From a virus (lineage: Duplodnaviria; Caudoviricetes): 53,828 nt of DNA. A model generated the notes under the pieces. That model had not been told where the DNA came from, made no database searches, and was given only the letters and a program-made list of their open reading frames with translations. The DNA lies in IMG/VR virus record IMGVR_UViG_3300042332_000520, positions 1-53,828 of that record; one strand, given 5' to 3'. Positions 1 through 8,399 of the stretch are shown here, piece after piece; positions within the stretch are counted from its first letter, which is position 1, and each line of letters starts with the position of its first letter. Position numbers and translations under genes: made by a program.

Positions 1-369
1 ATCAAAGATAAAGGCATTGATCAAAATAACGCAAAAGAAGTCCTTGACGGTGTTATCGATGTAATGGTCACTGCACTAGGTCTATTGCAAAAGCTTGAAT
101 ATCTCGGTGTAGATGGTAATCGAGCAATGCGTGATACTGCTTACAATAACTTAACCAAGTATCCTGCAAAAGAGTTAACAGCAATTCAAACTGCTCAGAA
201 ATACGAAGAAGATGGTACTATGGTTATGGTAGAATATAATTCTTTATATGATCTATTTGTAATTAAGAATATGCATGACAAGGTTATGAAACCGATTGAT
301 TTTGAATCCAACGATTTATCTAACTGTATCCCTAAAGAACTATTGGAGAACGGTTTTGACACAGAATAA
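1..369 (+). CDS. MazG-like/all-alpha NTP pyrophosphohydrolase (5'-truncated by window edge)
   Basis: Frame is open from base 1 (IKDKGIDQNNAKEVLDGVIDVMVTALG...). The ExxDxxxD, NNLTK and KVMKP..F...DL motifs resemble DR2231-type MazG-like dNTPases. Confidence 0.6.
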   Translation: MKDKGIDQNNAKEVLDGVIDVMVTALGLLQKLEYLGVDGNRAMRDTAYNNLTKYPAKELTAIQTAQKYEEDGTMVMVEYNSLYDLFVIKNMHDKVMKPIDFESNDLSNCIPKELLENGFDTE

Positions 370-919
370 TATTACATTGCTGAATATAGATTACATTGCA
401 CAAGCTGATCCAGATTATTCTTGTGGAAATAATACATGTCATTTTTCTGCAATAAATTGTGACGCTGTGCAAGAATTAGGTAAGTGCTATGAAAAAGGCA
501 TCTTTTGGGTAAGAAAGGAAGATATGAAATCAATTACACAAGAAATTAAAGAATGGAAAGACAAAGAAATCAGTGATCAAGTTCCCGGAACTAAATACGA
601 CCAAGGTAAGTTGCAATATACATTAGTACCTCCGTATGCATTACAGGAAGTTGCACGTAATTTAACAGAAGGTTTGAAAAAATATAAAGAGCGCAATAAC
701 TGGCAAAAAGTTGAAGGTGCAGAGCAGCGTTATATGGATGCCCTTATGAGGCATTTTGAGGCCATTAGAAGGGGTGAAATCTATGACGTAGATAGCAGTG
801 ACCCAACTATCAGTCATATGTCTGCTGTAGCCGTTAATGCGATGTTCTTGCTGGAGTTCATGTATAATCCTGAGCTACAAAAAGAAAAAACCGACCTTGC
901 TTTACCAAAAACCCTGTGA
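356..919 (+). CDS. dATP/dGTP diphosphohydrolase domain protein (DUF5664-like)
   Basis: GTKYDQGK...LVPP...GLKKY..NNW...RYMDALMRH...SHMSAVAVNAMFL signature. Likely TTG start at 356 after GGAG; the ORF track starts at 296. Confidence 0.75.
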   Translation: MTQNNITLLNIDYIAQADPDYSCGNNTCHFSAINCDAVQELGKCYEKGIFWVRKEDMKSITQEIKEWKDKEISDQVPGTKYDQGKLQYTLVPPYALQEVARNLTEGLKKYKERNNWQKVEGAEQRYMDALMRHFEAIRRGEIYDVDSSDPTISHMSAVAVNAMFLLEFMYNPELQKEKTDLALPKTL

Positions 920-925
920 TATAAT
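897..925 (+). promoter_or_regulatory. sigma70-type promoter
   Basis: TTGCTT-17 nt-TATAAT with extended TG, upstream of ORF 956 and nrdB/nrdA. Confidence 0.65.
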
Positions 926-955
926 CACTATTCTCTTAATTTTTAAAGGTAGTAT

Positions 956-1375
956 ATGAACAAAAAATTAAAGTTCCCACCTCGTCCAAGTGCTATCATG
1001 GCACTATGCATTATCTCTGAATCTGAAATTGTAAAAGTAATGCCAAATTATTCAGCAGAGTTTGAAAACCAAGAGATTAAGTTTAAAAGCTTTCTGTACT
1101 CACTAGGAATGGATATCAATAAGCCATTCCAGCGCCAAGATGGTTTGCAGCACAGAAACCGAATGAATGAGATCGTGGTTTGCAGTCGATGGGTAGGAGA
1201 AGAGAGAATTGATGAAGCTTGGATTATGAGTGGCTATGCAAGTAAGCCAGCCATTGATAAGGCAAGTGGAAGTAAACTAACAGAAGACCTCTATCGAGCC
1301 AGATATGAAACAGAAGACGCACAAGCAATGCTGGAAGCTAGAGATCGATACAATACAATCACAGAGGAAGAATAA
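956..1375 (+). CDS. hypothetical protein
   Basis: 139 aa ORF with RBS (AAAGGT); its stop overlaps the nrdB start. Confidence 0.75.
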   Translation: MNKKLKFPPRPSAIMALCIISESEIVKVMPNYSAEFENQEIKFKSFLYSLGMDINKPFQRQDGLQHRNRMNEIVVCSRWVGEERIDEAWIMSGYASKPAIDKASGSKLTEDLYRARYETEDAQAMLEARDRYNTITEEE

Positions 1376-2361
1376 TGCTAGATAAGCACCTGTTGCCAAT
1401 TAACGAAAGAAAAGAACCAATTGAGTTCGCAGATCAACAACTAAAAGTATTTTGGCTACCAGATGAAATTAAAGTAGAGAAAGATATTCAAGATGTACTA
1501 GTAAACTTCACTCCAGCTGAAAAGCATGCAGTTATTACTACATTGAAACTATTTAGTATCTACGAAACACACGCAGGTTCTGAATATTGGGGTGGACGTT
1601 TTAAGAATATGTTTGATGGTGCAGAATTCCATCGAATGGCTTCAGTCTTCTCTATGTTCGAACTTGCAGTACATGCTCCGTTTTACAATAAGATCAATCA
1701 ACTATTACACATTGATACGCCAGAGTTTTACACATCGTATTTGAACGACCCTGTTTTAAAGCAGCGAGTAGATCATATTGGTGAGATTATTGATCACGAG
1801 GATGACCTAATCTCATTAGCTGCTTTTTCAATGGTAGAAGGTGTAATCTTATATTCATCTTTCGGTTTTTTGAAGCACTACCAATCACAAGGAAAGAATA
1901 AGCTAATGAATGTTGTGCGTGGGATCAATTTCTCAGTGCGTGATGAAAATATGCATTCTGTAGGTGGTGCTTGGGCATTCAAATATAAACTAGAGCAATT
2001 AAAGCAAACTCTTTCACCGCAAGCTTTTGAATTGCACAAGTTGGCAATTGAAGAACAAGTTCGATTAGTTGCACGAAAGCTTTATGAACATGAGTGCCAG
2101 ATTATTGCCAAGTTATTTGAGCAAGGTGAAATCAAAGGTATCACTGCACATCAACTTGAAAATTTCGTGCAATCTAGAGTCAATGAGTGCTTGAAGCAAC
2201 TTGGATTTGAAAAAGAATATGATGTAAAATATAACCCGATTGCAGAGTGGTTCTATAAAGGTATTAATGATTATTCCTTTAATGACTTCTTCAGCGGAAT
2301 GGGTAATCAGTATCACCGTAATTGGGATGAATCAGCGTTTGTATGGAAGGCAGCAGAATGA
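1375..2361 (+). CDS. nrdB: class I ribonucleotide reductase beta subunit
   Basis: FWLPDEI, ELAVH..FY (radical Tyr position), VEGVILYSSF and RDENMH di-metal motifs. Confidence 0.95.
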   Translation: MLDKHLLPINERKEPIEFADQQLKVFWLPDEIKVEKDIQDVLVNFTPAEKHAVITTLKLFSIYETHAGSEYWGGRFKNMFDGAEFHRMASVFSMFELAVHAPFYNKINQLLHIDTPEFYTSYLNDPVLKQRVDHIGEIIDHEDDLISLAAFSMVEGVILYSSFGFLKHYQSQGKNKLMNVVRGINFSVRDENMHSVGGAWAFKYKLEQLKQTLSPQAFELHKLAIEEQVRLVARKLYEHECQIIAKLFEQGEIKGITAHQLENFVQSRVNECLKQLGFEKEYDVKYNPIAEWFYKGINDYSFNDFFSGMGNQYHRNWDESAFVWKAAE

Positions 2362-4055
2362 GTAAGAATATCTATAAAGAGTTGAGTGAAGAGCGTAAGA
2401 AGCTACAAGAGCAAGATTTAGTTCCACAGTGGTACACCACAGCAGGTTATCAGATGTTCAAAGAGAAATATGAATGGGATACTAACGGTCGTTCTGTTCG
2501 TGGTCAGTTTGAACGGATAGCCTCTACTGCAGCAAAACATGTTCCTATGCTTCCTGAAGCTGAAGCAAAGTTCTTTGAGTTGCTATGGAAGGGTTGGCTG
2601 TCTCCTAGTACTCCTGTATTGGCTAATATGGGTACGACAAGGGGTATGCCAGTATCATGCTCAGGAACAGTCGTTACGGACTCAATTGATGGCTTCTACA
2701 GTAATTTGCATGAAGTAGCTATGCTGACTAAAAACGGTTTCGGCACTGCATCTGATTTCAGTAGTATTCGTCCTCGTGGTTCTAAGATCAGCATTGGTGG
2801 TAAAGCCAGCGGTGTATTACCAGTCATTAAAGAGCACGTTAATGCAATGCGTAACGTTGCACAAGGTACTGCACGTAGAGGTGCTTGGGCTTGCTATCTG
2901 GATATTGAGCATGGTGATTTCCATGAAGTAGTTGAGCATATTTCTGCAGAACCGGATGACCTGAATATTGGCTGGACAATTCGACAGTCATTTATTGATC
3001 GTTTAGATGCTGGTGATCAAGAAGCTGTTACTCGTTTCCAGAAGGCCATGAAAGTAAAAATGGTTACTGGTAAAGGTTACTTCTTCTTTATCGATAAAGC
3101 CAATGCTAAACGTCCAGTAATGTACAAAGACTTAGGGCTAATGATTAATAACTCTCAGTTATGTTCTGAGATTATGTTATTCAATGATGAAGAGCACACA
3201 TATACTTGTGTACTATCATCTAAGAATGCAGCAAAATATCCTGAATGGAAGAATACAGATGCTGTATATTGGGCCACGATTTTCTTGGATTGCGTTGCTA
3301 GTGAGTTTATCGAAAGAGCACAAGGTGTTCCGGGCTTAGAAAAGGCTGTACGATTCACTATCAAAGGCAGAGCACTAGGTTTGGGTCTGTGCGGTATTCA
3401 TACATTGTTTATGCAAGAAAGTCTACCGTTTGAAGGATTTGAAGCACATCGGTTAAGCCAAGAGATTCAAAAGCACATTGATGAAGAGTCACTACGTGCT
3501 TCAAAAGATTTGGCTAAACTGCTAGGTGAACCTGAATGGTGTAAAGGTTATGGATTGCGTAATACGCATCGTATTGCTATTGCACCTACAAAATCTACTG
3601 CATTATTAATGGGTGGTATTTCCGAAGGTATTAACCCCGATCCTGCAATGAGTTATACTCAGATGACAGCTGCTGGTGAAGTAGATCGTTTGAATCCTGT
3701 ATTACTTGAGTCGATGAAACGCAAAGGTGTTTACACCAAGAAACACATTCAAGAGATTACGGACAAGCAAGGTTCTGTTCAGCATGTGAGTTGGTTGACT
3801 GCAGAAGAGAAAGAAATTTTTAAGACTGCGTTCGAAATCAACCAGAAAGCTGTGTTAAGATTAGCTTCTGCACGTAGCATGTATATTGATCAATGGCAAT
3901 CATTGAACTTATTCTTTGCTGCAGATGAAGACCCTGCTTGGATTGCTGAAGTTCACTCTGAAGCCTTCCGTGATCCAAACATATTAGCTCTGTACTACAT
4001 TTATACTCAAGCTGGTGTACAAGCCGCTAAAGGTGAATGTGAAGCTTGTCAATAA
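2358..4055 (+). CDS. nrdA: class I ribonucleotide reductase alpha subunit (no ATP cone)
   Basis: SPSTPVLAN, VSC, SQLCSEI, APTKST, YYIY and C-terminal CEACQ. ATGA overlap with nrdB gives start 2358. Confidence 0.95.
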   Translation: MSKNIYKELSEERKKLQEQDLVPQWYTTAGYQMFKEKYEWDTNGRSVRGQFERIASTAAKHVPMLPEAEAKFFELLWKGWLSPSTPVLANMGTTRGMPVSCSGTVVTDSIDGFYSNLHEVAMLTKNGFGTASDFSSIRPRGSKISIGGKASGVLPVIKEHVNAMRNVAQGTARRGAWACYLDIEHGDFHEVVEHISAEPDDLNIGWTIRQSFIDRLDAGDQEAVTRFQKAMKVKMVTGKGYFFFIDKANAKRPVMYKDLGLMINNSQLCSEIMLFNDEEHTYTCVLSSKNAAKYPEWKNTDAVYWATIFLDCVASEFIERAQGVPGLEKAVRFTIKGRALGLGLCGIHTLFMQESLPFEGFEAHRLSQEIQKHIDEESLRASKDLAKLLGEPEWCKGYGLRNTHRIAIAPTKSTALLMGGISEGINPDPAMSYTQMTAAGEVDRLNPVLLESMKRKGVYTKKHIQEITDKQGSVQHVSWLTAEEKEIFKTAFEINQKAVLRLASARSMYIDQWQSLNLFFAADEDPAWIAEVHSEAFRDPNILALYYIYTQAGVQAAKGECEACQ

Positions 4056-4059
4056 CAAC

Positions 4060-4079
4060 AAGGGCTTCGGCCCTTTTTA
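4060..4079 (+). terminator. intrinsic terminator-like hairpin after nrdA
   Basis: AAGGGC-TTCG-GCCCTT followed by a T run. Confidence 0.65.
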
Positions 4080-4091
4080 TAAGGAAATGAA

Positions 4092-4334
4092 ATGAAAAAC
4101 TTAGTAGTATTTAAAGCTCACTGGTGTCAGCCTTGCAAAATGCTTGGAAAAACATTATCTGAAACTGATCTTGGTATTCCAGTCAGTACAATCGACATTG
4201 ATGCTGATCCAACAGCTACTGTAGAATATAATATTCGTGGAGTTCCTACTGTATTATTGATGCAGGATAATATGGTTGTAAAGCGCAAAAGCGGATATAT
4301 GACCTCTGAACAATTAAAAGAGTTCTGTGCATAA
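4092..4334 (+). CDS. thioredoxin
   Basis: WCQPC active site and IRGVPT cis-Pro motif; adjacent to RNR. Confidence 0.9.
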   Translation: MKNLVVFKAHWCQPCKMLGKTLSETDLGIPVSTIDIDADPTATVEYNIRGVPTVLLMQDNMVVKRKSGYMTSEQLKEFCA

Positions 4335-4345
4335 AGTACAGACGT

Positions 4346-4389
4346 AAAAATACCCCGAGTCCTGTAAAGGATATCGGGGTTTATTTTTT
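4346..4389. terminator. bidirectional intrinsic terminator between convergent units
   Basis: A run, ACCCCGA...TCGGGGT stem, T run. Confidence 0.75.
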
Positions 4390-4855
4390 AAATTTGAATG
4401 CCGGGTAAGTATATAGTCTTACCGTTCTGTTTTACAGCAGTAAGCACTTGGCATTTTAGATCAGCAGGGTTGTAAGATACATGGACCCATCCGCTATCTG
4501 GAACACCTTGTGTATAAAACTCTAGAATAACTTGAGTAAACTTAAAGTTTTCTACGATCCATTTTGCTAAATCACCGTTAGCAATACCTGCGATTTCAAT
4601 ATCAGCAGCTTGACCTCTGCAATGATCAGAGTTAGTACTACCACCAACAGAAGCATTCACAGCTGGAGCACGATAACCGCTATTAATTTTAATTGGTTTG
4701 CCCTTTTTATCTCGAATTGGTTGTAGAATATTGTCTACTAGAATTTGAAGACTTGCGATAGCTTCTGGACTTGGAGTATTGTCTAGACCTTTACTTACAG
4801 CTGTTCCTGAATAGGTAAGTTCAGCGAGTGAAAAGTTTTTAGAAAGTTGTGTCAT
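4388..4855 (-). CDS. endolysin, peptidase M15 family
   Basis: LSKNFSLAEL, SGYR, S-D-H..GQAADI and WVHVSY zinc-peptidase motifs. Confidence 0.9.
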   Translation of the reverse strand: MTQLSKNFSLAELTYSGTAVSKGLDNTPSPEAIASLQILVDNILQPIRDKKGKPIKINSGYRAPAVNASVGGSTNSDHCRGQAADIEIAGIANGDLAKWIVENFKFTQVILEFYTQGVPDSGWVHVSYNPADLKCQVLTAVKQNGKTIYLPGIQI

Positions 4856-5301
4856 TTAATATCCTTATTTGTAGGCCAAGCCTGTGTTAAAGTTTTTGCG
4901 TCAAGGGCGTGTCCATCAGCTTTTCTCGCCATTTCTGTAAGAGCAGCTGAACACTCTCCGAATACGGTTGTTGCGGTTGTTGCGTAGTCTCTAACGGAGG
5001 TGCAGGAAGCTGTAGAGATGGCGGTGCTATTACGTTGGTTGTACTCCCGCACCCACTCAAGCTCATCACGAGCATTAGAGGCAGCAACAGCGTTTTGTTT
5101 AGCTTTGAGACTAGCTTCTTCAATAGCTGCATCTTTTTTCCTTTGTAGTCTGTTAGAATCCTCCATAACTTGGGCCGTAGCGATAGCTAAAGCTTTTGTA
5201 TTGGAGGCTTCCATATCACTTATGATAGAATTCATACGCCAACCTTGAACAACAAAACCGGCTACAAAAGCCGCTATAGTTAATCCAACGGTTAGTTTCA
5301 T
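4852..5301 (-). CDS. Rz-like inner-membrane spanin
   Basis: N-terminal TM (MKLTVGLTIAAFVAGFVVQGWR) plus coiled coil; contains an embedded lipoprotein gene. Confidence 0.85.
   Translation of the reverse strand: MKLTVGLTIAAFVAGFVVQGWRMNSIISDMEASNTKALAIATAQVMEDSNRLQRKKDAAIEEASLKAKQNAVAASNARDELEWVREYNQRNSTAISTASCTSVRDYATTATTVFGECSAALTEMARKADGHALDAKTLTQAWPTNKDIK
4887..5132 (-). CDS. Rz1-like outer-membrane spanin lipoprotein (embedded in Rz)
   Basis: Lipobox LSGC after a hydrophobic run; Pro-rich mature part; alternative frame within Rz. Exact start uncertain. Confidence 0.8.
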   Translation of the reverse strand: MQLLKKLVSKLNKTLLLPLMLVMSLSGCGSTTNVIAPPSLQLPAPPLETTQQPQQPYSESVQLLLQKWREKLMDTPLTQKL

Positions 5302-5302
5302 A

Positions 5303-5641
5303 TTAATCCTTATTTGATTCATGTAGGGAGGTGCGGATATAAGCTGTAGCTGCCATAAAAGCAACAACAATAGTACCCATAGCTGCAGCAAATGTAGTTG
5401 CAAGACCCATTAGTAATCCTGCTTTTTCTGCAGTTACAAATGGTAGGCTCATGAAAATAATGATTGCGAAAGGAAGACCTAAAGCTGCCCATGCCATTAG
5501 ACGCTGTTGATCAGCAAGCTTATCCATATTTTCAATCTGCAGCATTCTTTCACTGCGATTAAGTTCTTCGTCTGTTACAACACCATCACCATCCATATCG
5601 AATTGGTTATATACTGAGTTAGATTGTAATTGTTTTGACAT
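5303..5641 (-). CDS. holin-like membrane protein with N-terminal EF-hand-like loop
   Basis: DMDGDGVVTDEE loop and two TM segments; position in the lysis module. Confidence 0.55.
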   Translation of the reverse strand: MSKQLQSNSVYNQFDMDGDGVVTDEELNRSERMLQIENMDKLADQQRLMAWAALGLPFAIIIFMSLPFVTAEKAGLLMGLATTFAAAMGTIVVAFMAATAYIRTSLHESNKD

Positions 5642-5642
5642 A

Positions 5643-6140
5643 TTATTTACCTTTTAAAGAACCAGCACCTAACTGGTCGATTGCTTTCCATTGATCATCA
5701 ACATCTCGTTTGAGAATCACCATGCTTTCTCGCATTGATTGCACATCACGAGTAAACACACTTACACCATCTACAGTAGTTTTTAAAGACGCAATAGACC
5801 CTTGAAGTTTTGCAACATCGTTGGATTCAATCAGAGTCTTCATACTTCCTAATTCTGTGGTATGTTTATTTGAAACAGCTTCTAGATCACTTTGTTTAGC
5901 AATAGTAGCATTGTGATTCTTTTCTAAAGTGTCAACTTGCTCGATTAATTTTACCAATGGTTCACCATCAGGCATTTTAATAGCATTAACTGTAGTTTCT
6001 AATTGTTCAAAACGGGCTACTTGCTTACTAGCCCACCAAACACCTCCACTAACGGAAGATACAATTGAAAATACTACGGCAATTACAATGCCTCTAAATT
6101 TGACACCACCGACTGATAATTCTGTAGTCTCAAGACTCAT
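5643..6140 (-). CDS. membrane-anchored coiled-coil protein
   Basis: One N-terminal TM followed by a heptad-rich region. Confidence 0.7.
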   Translation of the reverse strand: MSLETTELSVGGVKFRGIVIAVVFSIVSSVSGGVWWASKQVARFEQLETTVNAIKMPDGEPLVKLIEQVDTLEKNHNATIAKQSDLEAVSNKHTTELGSMKTLIESNDVAKLQGSIASLKTTVDGVSVFTRDVQSMRESMVILKRDVDDQWKAIDQLGAGSLKGK

Positions 6141-6907
6141 TATCTATCTCCATATATTTGTGGTTGTTGAAAAAATTGAGTTGCTGAAACTTGACTATCT
6201 TTAAGAAAACCTGTAAAACTTAGGGAGTAGCTATTAGGTATCTCAATATTAAGCATATCTTTAGAATAGCCATAAGTTACACTAGAGTTGTAAAGACTCT
6301 TATTATAATTTGTAGCTGATAAATCAATTTTGTCTGTAAGGGGTTTATTATTAGCTGCAGCCAGAAAAGCACCTGCTTTAGTTGCGTATTCGTTTACGTT
6401 TGCTAAAGAAGTGTTATAAGAAGCTACGTCAGATTGCTTAATGTCTTTATTAAGTCCTGATGCTGTGATTGCAGCCTGAGCAGCCTGAGCTGTAGGAGAA
6501 TCGTTTGCTGTGTTTGAGATTTGATTTACAGTAACAGCTGACTGTAAAGCTACAGCAGATTTAGCAAGTTCCGAGATAGAGTTTTGCATAAGTGTTTTAT
6601 TAACTTTTGCATTATCTTCTAGTAATTGTCTAGCTGTATAAAAATTTGTAGCCTGAAAAGTAGACAAAGAACTATTATATTGTTTTACCTGAGCATCTGT
6701 GATTATACCCGTTTGATATATATTCGGATCAGCAATAAGATAGTTATTCGCAGTTGTACTTAGATTATTACTAATCTTAATACCAGAACTAATTTGATTC
6801 TTAATAACTAGACTACTGTTTTGTAGATTAGTTATCGTTGCGCTCTGTTGAGCTGTTAGTTGAGCGTTTGCTTGTCCTGAACTTATCAGACAAACTGCCG
6901 CTATCAT
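6140..6907 (-). CDS. exported hypothetical protein
   Basis: Likely start MIAAVCLISSGQANA-Q (signal peptide, AGGA RBS); Ser/Asn/Ala-rich. Confidence 0.7.
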   Translation of the reverse strand: MIAAVCLISSGQANAQLTAQQSATITNLQNSSLVIKNQISSGIKISNNLSTTANNYLIADPNIYQTGIITDAQVKQYNSSLSTFQATNFYTARQLLEDNAKVNKTLMQNSISELAKSAVALQSAVTVNQISNTANDSPTAQAAQAAITASGLNKDIKQSDVASYNTSLANVNEYATKAGAFLAAANNKPLTDKIDLSATNYNKSLYNSSVTYGYSKDMLNIEIPNSYSLSFTGFLKDSQVSATQFFQQPQIYGDR

Positions 6908-7445
6908 CAATCCTAATGCCTGTGCTTGTAGAGATTGGCTTGAGTGTTTTAAAGATACCATAATCTGGCCTCATTGAAGGATTTTGTTGCCACAATAAAG
7001 TAGCTTGTTTACCAATAGCTCCTAGATATGGACAAGGTGTACCTGCCATCGCCATGCCCTGATAAACTCGTGGGTCTTGGCATAAAGTTGCTACAGCAGC
7101 TACTTTAAGACCAAAATCATTTAAAGTTTTTGATAACTTTAATAGTTCGCATTGCTCATCTCTCATATAAGAACCTGCACTAATCCCGATAATAGTAGAA
7201 CTGACACTCCCACCATAACCTAATAAACATGAATCTGAACCTCCAGACATAAAGCTTGGAGCCATAGCACTAGGTGGGGGTGTTGAACCGGGTGCATTAC
7301 CATTATAGGTAGTACTACTAGAGGAATTATTTGAGTTATTACTTATATTCGAACCCTGTTGATTAGTGCTCAAATTATCAACCGAAGCACTGTTTTGAGC
7401 TAAAACTACTAAAGGAAACAATAATACCAATAGCAGTTTTTTCAT
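6828..7445 (-). CDS. exported Cys-containing hypothetical protein
   Basis: Signal peptide MKKLLLVLLFPLVVLA; core PPPSAMAP...DSC...EQCE..KLSK...LCQDPRV...GTPCP. Confidence 0.75.
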   Translation of the reverse strand: MKKLLLVLLFPLVVLAQNSASVDNLSTNQQGSNISNNSNNSSSSTTYNGNAPGSTPPPSAMAPSFMSGGSDSCLLGYGGSVSSTIIGISAGSYMRDEQCELLKLSKTLNDFGLKVAAVATLCQDPRVYQGMAMAGTPCPYLGAIGKQATLLWQQNPSMRPDYGIFKTLKPISTSTGIRIDDSGSLSDKFRTSKRSTNSSTERNDN

Positions 7446-7672
7446 TACATTCCAATAAACATTTTAAGAATATTTGTAATTCCAACTGATTGAGCTACAA
7501 TTACAAATACGGCACCCATTGCTAGGTACTTAATTTGGTTTAAAGTTTTTTCTATGCCTGTTAAAGAATTGCGTAGATCAGTAGAAATGTCTTGAAGCTT
7601 CTTCAATTCTTCTGCATGATCTTCAACTTTTAATTCAAGTTTAATAACACGGTGTTCAATTTGCTCTGCCAT
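7445..7672 (-). CDS. small coiled-coil + TM protein (XhlA/holin-like)
   Basis: N-terminal coiled coil and C-terminal TM; first gene of the lysis unit. Confidence 0.55.
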   Translation of the reverse strand: MAEQIEHRVIKLELKVEDHAEELKKLQDISTDLRNSLTGIEKTLNQIKYLAMGAVFVIVAQSVGITNILKMFIGM

Positions 7673-7741
7673 ACTTCTACTTTCACTATCTGAGTTATAA
7701 ATGAATAAACCACCCGAAGGTGGTCTATTATGATAACTACT

Positions 7742-7770
7742 ATTATATCATTAAGGTTGATAAAAATCAA
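7742..7770 (-). promoter_or_regulatory. sigma70-type promoter for the lysis unit
   Basis: TTGATT-17-TATAAT with extended TG on the minus strand. Confidence 0.7.
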
Positions 7771-7773
7771 GGG

Positions 7774-8130
7774 TTAATTTGTGATCAATTTACCAGCTAG
7801 TTCCAATGGATTTACACCTTCTGGAATCATACTAGGATCAATAATATCATTGGTTTCTTTATCACGTAATGCATGAATACAGTATGCAACTGTTTGATCA
7901 GTTAAAGCGGTAAGCTCATGTACTTTATCTGCTTTAATATAGATCATTTGTGGTGCAGTGAAAATTGACTCTTTACCATCTACAACTACTTTTAACCGTC
8001 CTTTAGCCAGAAGAGTTAAGTGATCAAACTGATGAGTATGTCCAATTTCTACATCACCAGCTTTTTGAAAATGCATCATTCTGGAATAAAGATTAGCTAC
8101 GCATCCGATGTTAATGTCTGGTTGGTTCAT
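7774..8130 (-). CDS. cupin-fold protein
   Basis: GHTHQFDH...G...AP..IYI.A...HEL cupin motifs. Confidence 0.75.
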   Translation of the reverse strand: MNQPDINIGCVANLYSRMMHFQKAGDVEIGHTHQFDHLTLLAKGRLKVVVDGKESIFTAPQMIYIKADKVHELTALTDQTVAYCIHALRDKETNDIIDPSMIPEGVNPLELAGKLITN

Positions 8131-8396
8131 AGAATCTCCACTGGAATTGTTGCAGGTTGTCTTGTGATAATTTCTACAATAGGTGGTGGAATATAATCAG
8201 TGATAATACCGTATTTACCAGTAACAATATCGTTAAAAATATCTCTACCGTGTTGTTCAACATCGTTTATTGAAGCTGTGAAAGGTAAAACCTCATCCCC
8301 AAACTGGCTTGTGGTAATTTCACAATCAATTTGAGTTTTTTCAGCATTCGCCCAACGTGGATTTGTTATAGCATTTAACTTAGATTGCATAATCAT
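8127..8396 (-). CDS. tail fibre assembly chaperone-like protein
   Basis: NPRWAN...IDCEI...LPFTAS.ND...GR.IF..I..G.YG.I motif; follows the fibre gene. Confidence 0.7.
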   Translation of the reverse strand: MIMQSKLNAITNPRWANAEKTQIDCEITTSQFGDEVLPFTASINDVEQHGRDIFNDIVTGKYGIITDYIPPPIVEIITRQPATIPVEIL

Positions 8397-8399
8397 TCC

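Noticed and set aside
1375-4055. Introns or inteins in nrdA/nrdB (also checked terL)
   Set aside because: The ORFs are continuous and of compact length, with no visible intein or homing-endonuclease insertions.
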